Positions 1 through 33,258 are shown, numbered from the stretch's first letter. The stretch: DNA of 64,000 nucleotides from Eledone cirrhosa (GCA_964016885.1 OZ024746.1:15190001-15254000), one strand, 5' to 3'. The notes: a model not told the origin generated them from the sequence alone. Numbers and translations: made by a program.

Positions 1-2354
1 TGGAAGGGATAACCACCAACACTGAAGACCAAAGTGGGCTGCTATCAACACACATTGAAGGGAAACATTAGGAGCGAGTTCGAGCGAGAGGTAGAGAGAT
101 GGATTGAGGAGGGCATACTGCTTCCTTGGGAATACTGCTTCCCTGGAAAGAGGAGGTGAAGTGCGGAGTATTGCCGTTAATGGCGGTGGCGCAACCCAAG
201 AAGAACAAGGTGAGGCCGGTGCTGGACTTTCGGGAGCTGAACGAGCACGTGTCATGCCACACGGGCGGCGAGGTCACGGATGTCTGTGGGGAAACCCTGA
301 CTTGGGGAGACGCATGACTTGGGGTTCAGCAATCGTAGATCTAAAGTCGGCATACTTGCAATTGCATATAGATGAGAAGCTCTGGCAGTATCAGCTGGTC
401 AGGTATAAGGGCCGGACATATTGCCTGACCAGGCTCGGTTTCGGGCTGAGCTCCGCACAGAAGATCATGGCGGCGGTCCTCAAGACCATTCTGGGAAAGG
501 CCGACAAGATGAAGAGGGCCACTAACTTCTATATTGACGACATCCTAGTGGACGAGTCTGTGGTGTCGGCGGCGGAGGCCACGAGCCATTTACAGGGGTA
601 TGGACTGGCTGCGAAACCGTCAGAAGCGTTAGAGGGAGGAGCCGCGCTGGGACTTAGGCTACGGCGAGACAGGACGGGCGTCTTGGTATTCCAGAGGGGA
701 AATGAAGTTCCAGAACTGGGCCCAAGTAAGAGTAGGCGGGAGCTTTTCTCGGTGTGTGGAAAGTTGGTGGGTCACTACCCGATTGCTGGGTGGCTCCGGA
801 CGGCATGCAGCTATGTCAAGAGACGAGCGGGAGGAGTGACTTGGAGTGACAGAGTGGGAGAGAGGACGGTGACCATGATGCAGGAGATCGTGAGGAGGGT
901 GAAGGCCGACGACCCAGTGCGGGGACGCTGGTATGTTCCCAAATCACAGAGCGGGACCGTATGGTGTGATGCCAGCAGCATAGCGCTGGGTGTCACGTTG
1001 GAGATAGGAGGTGTTGAGGTCGAGGATGCAACCTGGCTTAGGAAGAAGGACGACTGCAACCACATCAATGTGGCCTAACTGGACGCAGTGTTGAGAGGGG
1101 TGAACCTCGCCCTGAGGTGAGGACTGCGCACCATCGAGATACGCACCGACTCGGCTACTGTACTCGGATAGGTGAGATCAGTGCTCACCAGTGAGAAGAG
1201 AGTGCGAACGAGAGGGGTGGCGGAGATGCTGATAAAGCGCCGCCTGGGAACTTTAGGAGAGCTGGCCACCGAGTTCGACCTGAGGCTGAGCGTAGTTTTC
1301 GTGCCCTCAGAGAAAAATAGGGCGGACGTCTTAACTAGGGTGAAGAAAGCCGAATGTAAGCGCCGGGGGAGGTAGAAGATGAGATAGCTGCCGTGTGTCG
1401 GCTGACCGAATCGGATCTGAAAGGGTTGCATGACATGCACCACATGGGATAGGAGCCTGTTCCTAGCCAGGAGAATCGACTCGGACGTTAACAGACACAG
1501 TGTCTCAAAGGGTGGTTAGAGGCTGCGTCCGATGTCAGTCCATTGATCCCGCCCCGGGTGTGCACTAAACGGGAAGCCTCCCGGTGGATCGCGACTGGAA
1601 GCGATTGGCGGTGGATGTAACGCACTACCGACAGGGAACGTACCTCTCGATGGTCGACTGTGGACCAGGACGGATGGCGATATGGAGGGAGATGAAGACT
1701 GGAACGGCCGAGGAAATCATGCGGACGTTGAGAGAGGTGTTCTTGGAGCGGGGCCCTGCGGACGAACTGCTGATGGACAACAGCGCAGCGTTCCGCTCGG
1801 AGGCGCTGAGGGAGATGATCGATGGATGGAAGGTGGACCGTTTCTTCAGAGCAGCGCAGAGGCCGAGCGGGAATGGAATTGTGGAGCGACACCACCGGAC
1901 GATCAAGGCAATGTCGGAGCGGGGCCATATCTCACCAATGGAGGCAGTGTTCTGGTACATGTCCCCTCGGGTGGGACAGCTCGAGGAATCGGTGCCACAC
2001 AGAGCAGTATTCAGATACGAGTGGCGGCACCCGTGCACGCCACCTCAACGACCAGTGGGGAGAGAGAGTGCATTCGTGCAGGTGGGCGAAGAAGTCTGGG
2101 TTAAGCCCCCAGATGCAAGTTGCACATCTCAATGGGGAAGGGGAACGGTGACGGCCGTAAATTCCCAGAACAATGTGTCCGTGGACGGAGTACCACGTCA
2201 TGTCCTGGATGTCCGTAGAATCACTGTGTCAACGGACTCCGAGGAAGAGGAAACCCAAAGTGCCACCCCAACACTGCGGAGATCGCAAAGAAGTCGTAAA
2301 CCACCGACCTGGACAGCAGACTTTCATATGCAGAAGGACGAGGGGGGAAATTGA
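1..2354 (+). mobile_element. Degenerate Ty3/Gypsy-type LTR retrotransposon pol (RT, RNase H, integrase), cut by the window start, with stops and frameshifts
   Basis: RT motifs RPVLDFRELN, DLKSAYLQ, TRLGFGL, YIDDIL; RNase H WCDAS..HIN; integrase core (LAVD, MVDCG, DNSAAF, GNGIVERHHRTIK); order RT-RH-IN; in-frame stops at about 1076, 1118 and 1169. Confidence 0.92.
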
Positions 2355-2359
2355 TCCTT

Positions 2360-2629
2360 GAGATCAGGGGGGCGTGTGGGTATGGTGTGGCGTGCGGTGG
2401 CCAGAAGCGGGGGGGGTGCTCGACCGGAAGGGTGCTTGGCCGGAAGGATGCTCGACCGGAAGAGCCAGCAGATGGGTCTCTCTCTAGTGGTGACCAGCAA
2501 CGGTGTGGACGCGAGTTTTGGCAGCTCCCGGTGTTAAGGAGTTGGACGCACGTGGAAGAGGAGAAACCAGCAGTGGGATTTAGCGGCGCCTATGAAAAGC
2601 AGTAAGTGAGATAGTTTTTTCTAACCACA
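2360..2629 (+). mobile_element. Polypurine tract (2360-2374) and 3' LTR (2375-2629) of the Gypsy element
   Basis: GAGATCAGGGGGGCG directly after the integrase stop, then TGTGG...CCACA inverted termini; GC content drops abruptly after 2629. Confidence 0.75.
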
Positions 2630-2641
2630 TATACAATTATG

Positions 2642-2712
<71 letters not shown>

Positions 2713-2853
2713 ATATATATATATATGTATATACACTCACACACAATAATATTTTACATTATTAGGGTATGATCTATCACTCCATTCGAACTCAATGTAG
2801 TGTAGATATGAATATCTCATCGAAGCAAAGTGTTATCTTATTATGTGTTGTTG

Positions 2854-5800
2854 AGTCAGGTATATAGGGTTGAACTACAGTCAGGTATATAGGGTTGAAC
2901 TACAGTCGGGTATATAGGGTTGAACTACAGTCGGGTATATAGGGTTGAACTACAGTCGGGTATATAGGGTTGAACTACAGTCAGGTATATAGGGTTGAAC
3001 TACAGTCAGGTATATAGGGTTGAACTACAGTCAGGTATATAGGGTTGAACTACAGTCAGGTATATAGGGTTGAACTACAGTCAGGTATATAGGGTTGAAC
3101 TACAGTCAGGTATATAGGGTTGAACTACAGTCAGGTATATAGGGTTGAACTACAGTCAGGTATATAGGGTTGAACTACAGTCAGGTATATAGGGTTAAAC
3201 TACAGAGTTAGATATATAGGGTTGAACTACAGTCAGGTATATAGGGTTGAACTACAGTCAGGTATATAGGGTTGAACTACAGTCAGGTATATAGGGTTGA
3301 ACTACAGTCAGGTATATAGGGTTGAACTACAGTCAGGTATATAGGGTTGAACTACAGTCAGGTATATAGGGTTAAACTACAGTCGGGTATATAGGGTTGA
3401 ACTACAGAGTTAGATATATAGGGTTGAACTACAGTCAGGTATATAGGGTTGAACTACAGTCAGGTATATAGGGTTGAACTACAGTCAGGTATATAGGGTT
3501 GAACTACAGTCAGGTATATAGGGTTAAACTACAGAGTTAGATATATAGGGTTGAACTACAGTCAGGTATATAGGGTTGAACTACAGTCAGGTATATAGGG
3601 TTGAACTACAGTCGGGTATATAGGGTTGAACTACAGAGTTAGATATATAGGGTTGAACTACAGTCAGGTATATAGGGTTGAACTACAGTCAGGTATATAG
3701 GGTTGAACTACAGTCAGGTATATAGGGTTGAACTACAGTCAGGTATATAGGGTTGAACTACAGTCAGGTATATAGGGTTGAACTACAGTCAGGTATATAG
3801 GGTTGAACTACAGTCAGGTATATAGGGTTGAACTACAGTCGGGTATATAGGGTTGAACTACAGTCAGGTATATAGGGTTGAACTACAGTCAGGTATATAG
3901 GGTTGAACTACAGTCAGGTATATAGGGTTGAACTACAGTCAGGTATATAGGGTTAAACTACAGTCAGGTATATAGGGTTGAACTACAGTCAGGTATATAG
4001 GGTTGAACTACAGTCAGGTATATAGGGTTGAACTACAGTCAGGTATATAGGGTTGAACTACAGTCAGGTATATAGGGTTGAACTACAGTCAGGTATATAG
4101 GGTTGAACTACAGTCAGGTATATAGGGTTGAACTACAGTCAGGTATATAGGGTTGAACTACAGTCAGGTATATAGGGTTGAACTACAGTCAGGTATATAG
4201 GGTTGAACTACAGTCAGGTATATAGGGTTGAACTACAGTCAGGTATATAGGGTTGAACTACAGTCAGGTATATAGGGTTGAACTACAGTCAGGTATATAG
4301 GGTTAAACTACAGAGTTAGATATATAGGGTTGAACTACAGTCAGGTATATAGGGTTGAACTACAGTCAGGTATATAGGGTTGAACTACAGTCAGGTATAT
4401 AGGGTTGAACTACAGTCAGGTATATAGGGTTAAACTACAGAGTTAGATATATAGGGTTGAACTACAGTCAGGTATATAGGGTTGAACTACAGTCAGGTAT
4501 ATAGGGTTGAACTACAGTCAGGTATATAGGGTTGAACTACAGTCAGGTATATAGGGTTAAACTACAGAGTTAGATATATAGGGTTGAACTACAGTCAGGT
4601 ATATAGGGTTGAACTACAGTCAGGTATATAGGGTTGAACTACAGTCAGGTATATAGGGTTGAACTACAGTCAGGTATATAGGGTTGAACTACAGTCGGGT
4701 ATATAGGGTTGAACTACAGTCAGGTATATAGGGTTGAACTACAGTCAGGTATATAGGGTTGAACTACAGTCAGGTATATAGGGTTGAACTACAGTCAGGT
4801 ATATAGGGTTGAACTACAGTCAGGTATATAGGGTTGAACTACAGTCAGGTATATAGGGTTAAACTACAGAGTTAGATATATAGGGTTGAACTACAGTCAG
4901 GTATATAGGGTTGAACTACAGTCAGGTATATAGGGTTGAACTACAGTCAGGTATATAGGGTTGAACTACAGTCAGGTATATAGGGTTGAACTACAGTCGG
5001 GTATATAGGGTTGAACTACAGTCAGGTATATAGGGTTGAACTACAGTCAGGTATATAGGGTTGAACTACAGTCGGGTATATAGGGTTGAACTACAGTCAG
5101 GTATATAGGGTTGAACTACAGTCGGGTATATAGGGTTGAACTACAGTCAGGTATATAGGGTTGAACTACAGTCAGGTATATAGGGTTGAACTACAGTCAG
5201 GTATATAGGGTTAAACTACAGAGTTAGATATATAGGGTTGAACTACAGTCAGGTATATAGGGTTGAACTACAGTCAGGTATATAGGGTTGAACTACAGTC
5301 AGGTATATAGGGTTGAACTACAGTCAGGTATATAGGGTTGAACTACAGTCAGGTATATAGGGTTAAACTACAGAGTTAGATATATAGGGTTGAACTACAG
5401 TCAGGTATATAGGGTTGAACTACAGTCAGGTATATAGGGTTGAACTACAGTCAGGTATATAGGGTTGAACTACAGTCAGGTATATAGGGTTGAACTACAG
5501 TCAGGTATATAGGGTTGAACTACAGTCAGGTATATAGGGTTGAACTACAGTCAGGTATATAGGGTTGAACTACAGTCGGGTATATAGGGTTGAACTACAG
5601 TCAGGTATATAGGGTTGAACTACAGTCAGGTATATAGGGTTGAACTACAGTCAGGTATATAGGGTTGAACTACAGTCAGGTATATAGGGTTGAACTACAG
5701 TCAGGTATATAGGGTTGAACTACAGTCAGGTATATAGGGTTAAACTACAGAGTTAGATATATAGGGTTGAACTACAGTCAGGTATATAGGGTTGAACTAC

Positions 5801-7194
5801 AGTCAGGTATATAGGGTTGAACTACAGTCAGGTATATAGGGTTGAACTACAGTCAGGTATATAGGGTTGAACTACAGTCGGGTATATAGGGTTGAACTAC
5901 AGTCAGGTATATAGGGTTGAACTACAGTCAGGTATATAGGGTTGAACTACAGTCGGGTATATAGGGTTGAACTACAGTCAGGTATATAGGGTTGAACTAC
6001 AGTCAGGTATATAGGGTTGAACTACAGTCAGGTATATAGGGTTGAACTACAGTCAGGTATATAGGGTTGAACTACAGTCAGGTATATAGGGTTGAACTAC
6101 AGTCAGGTATATAGGGTTGAACTACAGTCAGGTATATAGGGTTGAACTACAGTCAGGTATATAGGGTTAAACTACAGAGTTAGATATATAGGGTTGAACT
6201 ACAGTCAGGTATATAGGGTTGAACTACAGTCGGGTATATAGGGTTGAACTACAGTCAGGTATATAGGGTTGAACTACAGTCAGGTATATAGGGTTGAACT
6301 ACAGTCAGGTATATAGGGTTGAACTACAGTCGGGTATATAGGGTTGAACTACAGTCAGGTATATAGGGTTGAACTACAGTCAGGTATATAGGGTTGAACT
6401 ACAGTCGGGTATATAGGGTTGAACTACAGTCAGGTATATAGGGTTGAACTACAGTCGGGTATATAGGGTTGAACTACAGTCAGGTATATAGGGTTGAACT
6501 ACAGTCAGGTATATAGGGTTAAACTACAGAGTTAGATATATAGGGTTGAACTACAGTCAGGTATATAGGGTTGAACTACAGTCAGGTATATAGGGTTGAA
6601 CTACAGTCAGGTATATAGGGTTGAACTACAGTCAGGTATATAGGGTTAAACTACAGAGTTAGATATATAGGGTTGAACTACAGTCAGGTATATAGGGTTG
6701 AACTACAGTCGGGTATATAGGGTTGAACTACAGTCAGGTATATAGGGTTGAACTACAGTCAGGTATATAGGGTTGAACTACAGTCAGGTATATAGGGTTG
6801 AACTACAGTCGGGTATATAGGGTTGAACTACAGTCAGGTATATAGGGTTGAACTACAGTCAGGTATATAGGGTTGAACTACAGTCGGGTATATAGGGTTG
6901 AACTACAGTCAGGTATATAGGGTTGAACTACAGTCGGGTATATAGGGTTGAACTACAGTCAGGTATATAGGGTTGAACTACAGTCGGGTATATAGGGTTG
7001 AACTACAGTCAGGTATATAGGGTTGAACTACAGTCGGGTATATAGGGTTGAACTACAGTCAGGTATATAGGGTTGAACTACAGTCGGGTATATAGGGTTG
7101 AACTACAGTCAGGTATATAGGGTTGAACTACAGTCGGGTATATAGGGTTGAACTACAGAGTTAGATATATAGGGTTGAACTACAGTCAGGTATA
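2854..7194. repeat. Tandem satellite, 25-bp unit TCAGGTATATAGGGTTGAACTACAG (roughly 170 copies) with a 27-bp variant AGTTAGATATATAGGGTTGAACTACAG
   Basis: Near-identical contiguous units read directly; no spacers. Confidence 0.98.
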
Positions 7195-7321
7195 CACTTC
7201 CATTCTATTCTGCTGTTAGTGCTTCGACTAGGTAAGTTGTTTGCTTGCCATCGTTTTCTCATATAATTCTATTGTCTGGTTATAAATCAACCATTTCAAT
7301 GTTTCTGATGTTATTTCTCAC

Positions 7322-8220
7322 CTGGATTGGCAGTATCGGTAGAGGGTCAGACACCATGCTTTCCAGCATAGTTACGTTCCTTTACGATCTGAGTTCAAAT
7401 CCCGCCGAGGTTGACTTTGCCTTTCATCCTTACGGGGTCGATAAAATAAAGTACCAGTAATGCACTGGGTAATTGCTGGCCTTGTGCCTAAAGTAGAAAC
7501 AGTTATTTCTCACCTTTCTTCATAACTATCTCTTATCCTAGTTTATCGTATTTGTTGGCTTCTTTGGATCCAGAAAACCATTTTTTATTTTATTTGTCTT
7601 TCCTATCTATTTCTATTAACTCTCCATTATCTCCAGTAGGTATTTTTATAGCCCTACAGTAATTTTCTAGTAGCATACTTACTTTATTCCTAGTAAATAA
7701 AATCTTTCTTAATCAAATTTTGGGTGGAGCATTTTAATACAGTCATTATTTTTCTTGGGTGAATTGGCGGTGAATTGGCAGTATCGGTAGAGGGTCGGAC
7801 GCCATGCTTTGACGCATAGAGTTACGGCCCTTACCATTCTGAGTTCAAATCCCGCCGAGGTTAACTTTGCCTTTCATCCTTACGGGGTCGATAAAATGAA
7901 GTACCAGTAATGTACTGGGTAATTGCTGGCCTTGTGCCAAAAGTAGAAATAATTATTATCAATACAGAGTGGTGGGTTAACAAGGTCGTTAGAGTATCAG
8001 GTAAATACCAGTAATTGTTCTGGCTCTTTACATTCTGAGTTCAAATCTCGCCGAAGTCAACTTTGCTTTTCATCCTTCCGAGGATGATAAAATAAAGTAC
8101 TAGTTACGTACTGGGGTCAACGTAATCGACTTTCCTACCATCCACAAATTTAGACACTAGAAACAGTTGATTAAATCGACCCTAGTACTTCACTGGTACT
8201 TTATTTTATCGACCATGGAA
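7322..8220 (+). mobile_element. Cluster of tRNA-derived SINEs, family 1 (Meta-domain-like core). Further copies at about 11040, 14085, 15273, 22140(-), 23772(-), 25000(-), 25790-26125(-), 40047, 49160-49500, 53600(-), 57150(-)
   Basis: A box TGGCAGTATCGG, B box GAGTTCAAATCCC, shared core GCCTTTCATCCTTACGGGGTCGATAAAATAAAGTACCAG in many dispersed copies. Confidence 0.85.
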
Positions 8221-8994
8221 GAATGAAAGTAATGGGGAAATATCCGTTTATTTCGTCGTGCCATGTCATATAGAATTTATCGAAGTACTCTCATCTCGAT
8301 TAACTGACAAGCCAGACTCCATGTTGAACTAACAACCACCGAAACCCATTATCATTCACATTACTCTATATATACAATTGTATTTTCACGGTAAAGACTT
8401 TACCTCCCATAATTATCTCACATAATATCGAATCTATGAGATTTTGATATTATTTATTTTGAGAACAATACCTTAACATCAGCATGAGTGGCTGGTTACA
8501 GCCGTTTTGAACAGAGGTGTTTTGACACAATGTGCTGCTGCCAATCAAACTCAAGAACTGAGCTGAATGCCCTGACCATTAAGATATGTGTGTGTTAGGT
8601 ATTTCTATTTTGAGCCAGACACCCTGACCACTTTGCCATGTGCCATTAAGATGTTTGTGTACACGTATGTGTTTGTTGTGTTTTAGATCTTTCTATTTTC
8701 ACTCATCTTGAGGTGAGAGAATTTGGTCGGATACTGCCGGTTTAAATGCTAAAGGGTTAAATATACCGAAACATGTGTAAACGCACCATAAAAAACATGC
8801 ACTAATATTAATATAACATTCAGGTGTTTATTAAAAAACAGTATTTACAAAACATAGTATTCATAATATATAATATTTATAGCAATGGCGTCGCATCTTG
8901 CTATTCCATTATTTTTATTTTTGTGAGAACAAGATTCTTATTGTTTGTGTTTGGCCTTACTGGTTGTGTTTGGCCTTACTGGTTGTGTTTGGCC

Positions 8995-9072
8995 TACTGG
9001 TTGATCCAGCGTCTTAGCCTCGCTACCACTCACGGAAATGCTGCAAGTGTCTTGGCTTTTCTAAAAAAATAG
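8995..9072 (+). mobile_element. 3' end fragment of a CRE-like non-LTR retrotransposon (restriction-like endonuclease type); second copy at about 20770-20850
   Basis: Translates WLIQRLSLATTHGNAASVL, and WLFQRISLATTRGN in the second copy, matching the QRxSxAxxRGNA C-terminal motif of such elements. Confidence 0.6.
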
Positions 9073-9538
9073 GATAAAACTCCAGGGCATCTTGTTCTGG
9101 TGTGTGATTGAGAATGCGTGTCTTCCTCCACCTTTTTTCCTCTTTTTTCTATATAAATTGTATTTTCTTGTATGCATTCTATTGAATAGTCATACGATTG
9201 GGACACACTAACACACATTTCTTTATACACTTATAATGAACGCTTAACGGAGTATGACAGTGTATGACGGAGTATGACAGTGGCCTGCTTTTTTTTATTA
9301 CCCAGATGCTGTTAGAAATTATTTTAGGTTAAATTCAACCGAGGGATCTTAGGTGTCCTGTCGTATTTGAATACATTATAATCCCTATAGATAGTTGTTG
9401 TAGGGAATTAAAGGTTTTGTAACAAATTGTTTATGTTTGGATTCACAGTAGAAGAGAGAGAGGGGGGGGGGGTAAGGTTGTCATAGTAGAGAGAGAGGGG
9501 GGGGGGGGTGAGATTTGGAAGAGGAAAGTTGTAACAGT

Positions 9539-9587
<49 letters not shown>

Positions 9588-9964
9588 GGAGTTGAGATTC
9601 GGAAGAGGAAGGTTGTGACAGTAGAGAGAGAGAGAGAGAAAGAGAAAGAAGAAACAGCTTTGGCAGATGTCTAGTGGTTATGTACATTAATTTCTTGACA
9701 TATGGAAAGTTAGTTAAAAGGATATCGATCTAATTTCAATCCGAGACACACTTACATTGTATTATACCATTTTAGAGATTCCCCTTAGAAGTGTGTCGCC
9801 AAAGTAGCTTTGTTCTGTGTCTCGTAAAAGACAGACGCACATCTTTTCGGTAGAATTAATCGATTTATATTTACAAGAGTATCATTGTACATTGAAGTAG
9901 AAAAGCTGTTCAGTATGAAATTTCATGGAAGGACTTTGCCAGCTTTGTACTTTTATGTTTAGCT

Positions 9965-10460
9965 ACTAATCACGTGTACCTCAGTGATTGATGTCTGATG
10001 TACTAGTCACGTGTACCTCAGTGATTGTCATTTATTTGATGTACCAGTCACATGTACTTCTGTAATTGACTCACAGAGATGTCTGATGTACTAGTCACGT
10101 GCACTTCTGTAATTGACAACAGAGAGATGTTTGATGTACCAGTCACGTGTACTTCAGTGATTGACAGGTATGTTTGATGTACTAGTCACGTGTACCTCAG
10201 TGATTTACAGGGATGTTTGATGTACCAGTCACGTGTTCCTCAGTGATTGACACACAGATGTTTGATGTACCAGACACGTGTACCTCAGTGATTGACATAT
10301 GTTTGATGTACCAGTCACGTGTACCTCAGTGATTGACACAGAGAGGTGTCTGATGTACTAGTCACGTGTACCTCTGTAATTGACAGAGATGTTTGATGTA
10401 CCAGTCACGTGTTCCTCAGTGATTAACACGCAGAGATATTTGATGTACCAGTCACGTACA
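9965..10460. repeat. Minisatellite, about 40-bp unit TTTGATGTACCAGTCACGTGTACCTCAGTGATTGACAGAGATG, about 12 copies
   Basis: Diverged direct repeats, most containing TCACGTG. Confidence 0.9.
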
Positions 10461-11707
10461 TGTTGGCAGATATAACTTATAGCAACAGCATTGAGGCAAC
10501 AAAAATGAACATTTGAACCAAACATTGTATATCTATAGTGGAAGTAGCAGGCCGTCGGGATTCGAACTTACAACCTTAGGGTCGTGAGCCGGACACAACC
10601 CCTAAGCTACACATCTTCAGTAAATATATGTATGTGTTTTTTCTTTCTTGAGTCAATATTAGTAAAGGAAGGCAATAACTATGTCAGAACCTGATGGTAA
10701 ATCACATTCTCCAGATTCATGCGAGGAGGAAATCACACATTGCAATTCACCCACTCTAAATGTAAATGGCTTTACTCCCTAACTGCCATTTTCCTCCGCA
10801 AAATCGAGAGGAATTCATCCTACGCTGGAATGGCTGATACAGCGGGTGTCGCTGGCTGTTCTCTGTGGCAATATCATTACCACCTTGTCCACGAGATGCA
10901 CCTGAAGTGAATACAGTCCAGCTGAGGTATATATAACCCAGCAATGAATGTAGAATTTGCCCTTCCTCTTTCCCTACACCCTTTCATCATACAATCTTCA
11001 CTCTTTTTCTCTAACCCTGTATATTATCTTAAGTCCATGCTTTGCAACACAGAGTTACGGCCCTTTACGATCTGAGTTCAAATCCTGCCGAGGTTAACTT
11101 TGCCTTTCATCCTTACAGGGGGCGATAAAATAAAGCACCAGTAACATACAAAAAAATAAAAAGAAATTACTGGCCTTGTGCCTCTGCTAGAAATCATTAT
11201 CTTAATTCCCATTTTTTTTAAAAACAAATACTTTCATCATTTTATCTCTGTCCAACATTTAAACAAACATCATGGTTCCTATGTTTAATTATAATGATAT
11301 AAACACTAACATTTATTATGGCGGCAAATTATGAATTTGTCAGGGACAGACTTTCTAAAAAAAATTGACTCGTTATTTAGTCCGGTTCACCGCGCTCAGA
11401 GTTCAAATCCCACCGTGGTCAACTTTGACTTTCGAGGTTGATAAATAAAGTACCAGTCAAGCATTGGGGGCTGGTTCTTTCTGGTTTTTCTTTTCTCTTT
11501 CCATGGAAAATAAATAAATCGACTATCGGCTGTCTTCTGACCTGGAGTGTTATGATAGCGCCCCTACGACACCATCAAGAGTTAAGGGCCATATTATCTT
11601 ACATCAAGTAGCCACAATTGAGAATCGAAGCAGTCATATATTCTCGGACTCCAGAATACGATGTTGTTATGTTATATATATATATTTTGGCAACATGACC
11701 CTCCCAA

Positions 11708-11747
11708 AGTATAACAATATATATATTTATATATATATATATAGGAG

Positions 11748-11814
<67 letters not shown>

Positions 11815-11816
11815 AG

Positions 11817-11855
<39 letters not shown>

Positions 11856-11857
11856 AG

Positions 11858-11892
<35 letters not shown>

Positions 11893-11894
11893 AG

Positions 11895-11947
<53 letters not shown>

Positions 11948-11976
11948 AGAGGGATATATATATATATATATAGGAG

Positions 11977-12035
<59 letters not shown>

Positions 12036-12197
12036 AGAGGGTTATATATATATATATATATATAGGAGAGGGTTATATATATATATATATATATATATAT
12101 AGGAGAGGGTTATATATATATATATATAGGAGAGGGATATATATATATATATATATAGGAGAGGGATATATATATATATATATATATAGGAGAGGGA
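11708..12197. repeat. Compound microsatellite: (TA)n interrupted periodically by GGAGAGGG
   Basis: Read directly. Confidence 0.95.
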
Positions 12198-12599
12198 TGG
12201 GCTCGGCCAAGCTTAAGATACCCAAGAAACGTCGTATGTCACTACGACGCCCCACCGACTCCATGAGGAGTTACGGGAAAATACCATACCATATATATAC
12301 AAGGTTCAATTAATACAAGTAATAGAACGAAGTAATCGATAAGAGATCTATCATAGAATTAAAAAATATCAATGATTTAAATAATATTTATTTTTGCAAT
12401 GTCGTGTGGTGGGTGCAGGGTAAATATAACTTCTTTTGGTAGAACAGCAATCAAATAATTGATACAATATTGGGTCTGTAAGTAAAAAAGAAAACATGTA
12501 CAGTTATATATATATATATATGTATATCGGACCGAGGAAACAATGTTTCCGTTGGTCTTTCCAATTGCTAATACTATCTATCGGTCGCAACTCCAGGTA

Positions 12600-12720
12600 G
12601 AAGGAGCAACGTGAAATAAAGTGTCTTGCTCAAGGACATAACGCACCGCCCGTTCTGGGAATCGAACTCACAACCTCACGATTGCGAATCCAATTCTCTA
12701 AACACTCAGCCACGCGCCTT
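12600..12720 (-). mobile_element. tRNA-derived SINE family 2 (CORE-like). Other copies at about 15520(-), 26200-26400(-), 26960, 32120, 32860, 46880-47210, 50685, 54270-54528(-)
   Basis: tRNA head (TAGTGGTAAG..GTTCGATTC) followed by GTCCTTGAGCAAGACACTTTATTTCACGTTGCTCCAG in dispersed copies. Confidence 0.8.
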
Positions 12721-12725
12721 CATGC

Positions 12726-12826
<101 letters not shown>

Positions 12827-13039
12827 CAAATTTGGTGGTTTACCACTGGGTGGAATTGGTCATTCTGCAATGTTAATCATGACGTAATATGAGAAAAGCA
12901 CTCGACGTTATGCAACTCATCCATCTTCAATGTTGAATCATGTTGATGGTGCAGGAACGGAGTAAATGTATTATAAAGCGAAATGACAGGAGGCCAAATT
13001 TTTTGTTACTGTAAGCACTATGCACCTTTCAATGACCAT

Positions 13040-13630
13040 AATTGATATAGAGGGGGGGGGGGGGGGGGTAGAAGAGAGTTCCGTGTTGTAGATATAAAGA
13101 GGGGCAGAGTTTGGTGCTAATTTGGGAGAAAGTGTGGCATGGCTGATGTAGAGAAAGGGGCAGAGTTTGGTGCTAATTAATATAGAGAGGGGGAATAGAA
13201 GAGAGTTCCCTGTAGTAGATATAGAGAGGGGGAGAGTTTGGTGCTAATTTGGGAGAAAGTGTGGCATGGCTGATGTAGAGAAAGGGGGAGAGTTTGATGC
13301 TAATTAATTTAGAGAGGGGGAATAGAAGAGAGTTCCCTGTAGTAGATATAAAGAGGGGGAGAGTTTAGTGTTAATTGATATAGAGAGGGGGGTTGGAAGA
13401 GCGTTCCGTGTAGAAGATATAGAGAGGGGTTATAAGTTGTATGGTTGATGTAGAGAGTGGGAGAGTTTGGTAATGATGAATAGAGTGAGAGGGAATAAGA
13501 GAGAGAGAGTAGGTTGTATGGTAGATATAGAGAGGAGGGGGGGGGAGTCCGTGTAGTAGATATAGAGAGGGTGAGAGTTTTATGTTAATTGATATAGAGA
13601 GGGGTATTAGAAGAGAGTTCCGAGTAGTAG
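13040..13630. repeat. Degenerate purine-rich tandem repeat (TAGAGAGGGGGAGAGTTTGGTGCTAATT-like)
   Basis: Repeated blocks of about 120 bp with sub-repeats. Confidence 0.75.
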
Positions 13631-14601
13631 TGTGTGTTTTGGTAGTTTCTCACCAAACTACCAAAACACACATCTATTTGGATATTGCTACAATTTATCT
13701 ACAAGTTATGTTTATCGTATATCGAAGTTTTCTGACCATTTTAGAGTACAAATAGCTAAACTAATCACTACAACTAAATTGACCAAATTTGGCCTTCTCA
13801 ATTCAGAAATGCTTCCACCACTCCTGGTATGTATGTATATATGTATATGTACGGGTACATGGAAATACACGGTTTGGTGCTCGAGCGCGCACTTGGAGTG
13901 AAAGACCCCTAGCTCTTGTTAGGACATCATTCTGGAACTTATGTATATATATAATACAAGTCCTCATTCAGCTTTCACAGCCTAACTACTTACATGGCAG
14001 GATGACAATATATATTAATTAATACACATACCTTTAATAGGAGTAAATGAAGATGTGTTTTTCGGGCAATATATGACTGAGAAGGGCGGTGAAATGGCAG
14101 AGACGTTAGATGTCAGATAGAACACTTTGTAGTATTTTGTTCTGGCCCCCTGTACTCTGAGTTCAAATCCCATCGAGGTCAACTTTGCCTTTCATCTTTC
14201 CGAGGTCGATAAAAAAAGTATCAGTCAAATACTGGGGTTGATTCTTCCTCTGTATCTCATTCTCACTGCTTTTGTCTATCAATCAGTCACCCCACCCCAC
14301 CCCACCTCTTTCTCCTTCTCCGAAAGAAATCGGCTGTATGTTCAGACCTGGAGTGGGGATATGGTCTTCGCCAGGTTTAAAATGGCCAAGAAACTCCGTA
14401 TGTCATTACAGTACCTCTACGACTAAATCAGGAGTTATAGGTTCAAGCACATACATACATATGGTTGAGGAAATGCATTGTTTTGTGGTGTAAAAAGATG
14501 TTCGCAGAACAATATATATATATATATAGAAAGAAATGGCAAAAATTTAATAAATAATTTTTAAAAAAGCCACGAACCTGATTTCTTATTTTAGGAATAA
14601 C

Positions 14602-33258
<18,657 letters not shown>

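Noticed and set aside
2854-7194. CRISPR-like array
   Set aside because: Units are contiguous with no unique spacers, no cas genes, eukaryotic context
7767-7860. tRNA genes
   Set aside because: A and B boxes belong to SINE heads followed by SINE cores; no complete cloverleaf seen
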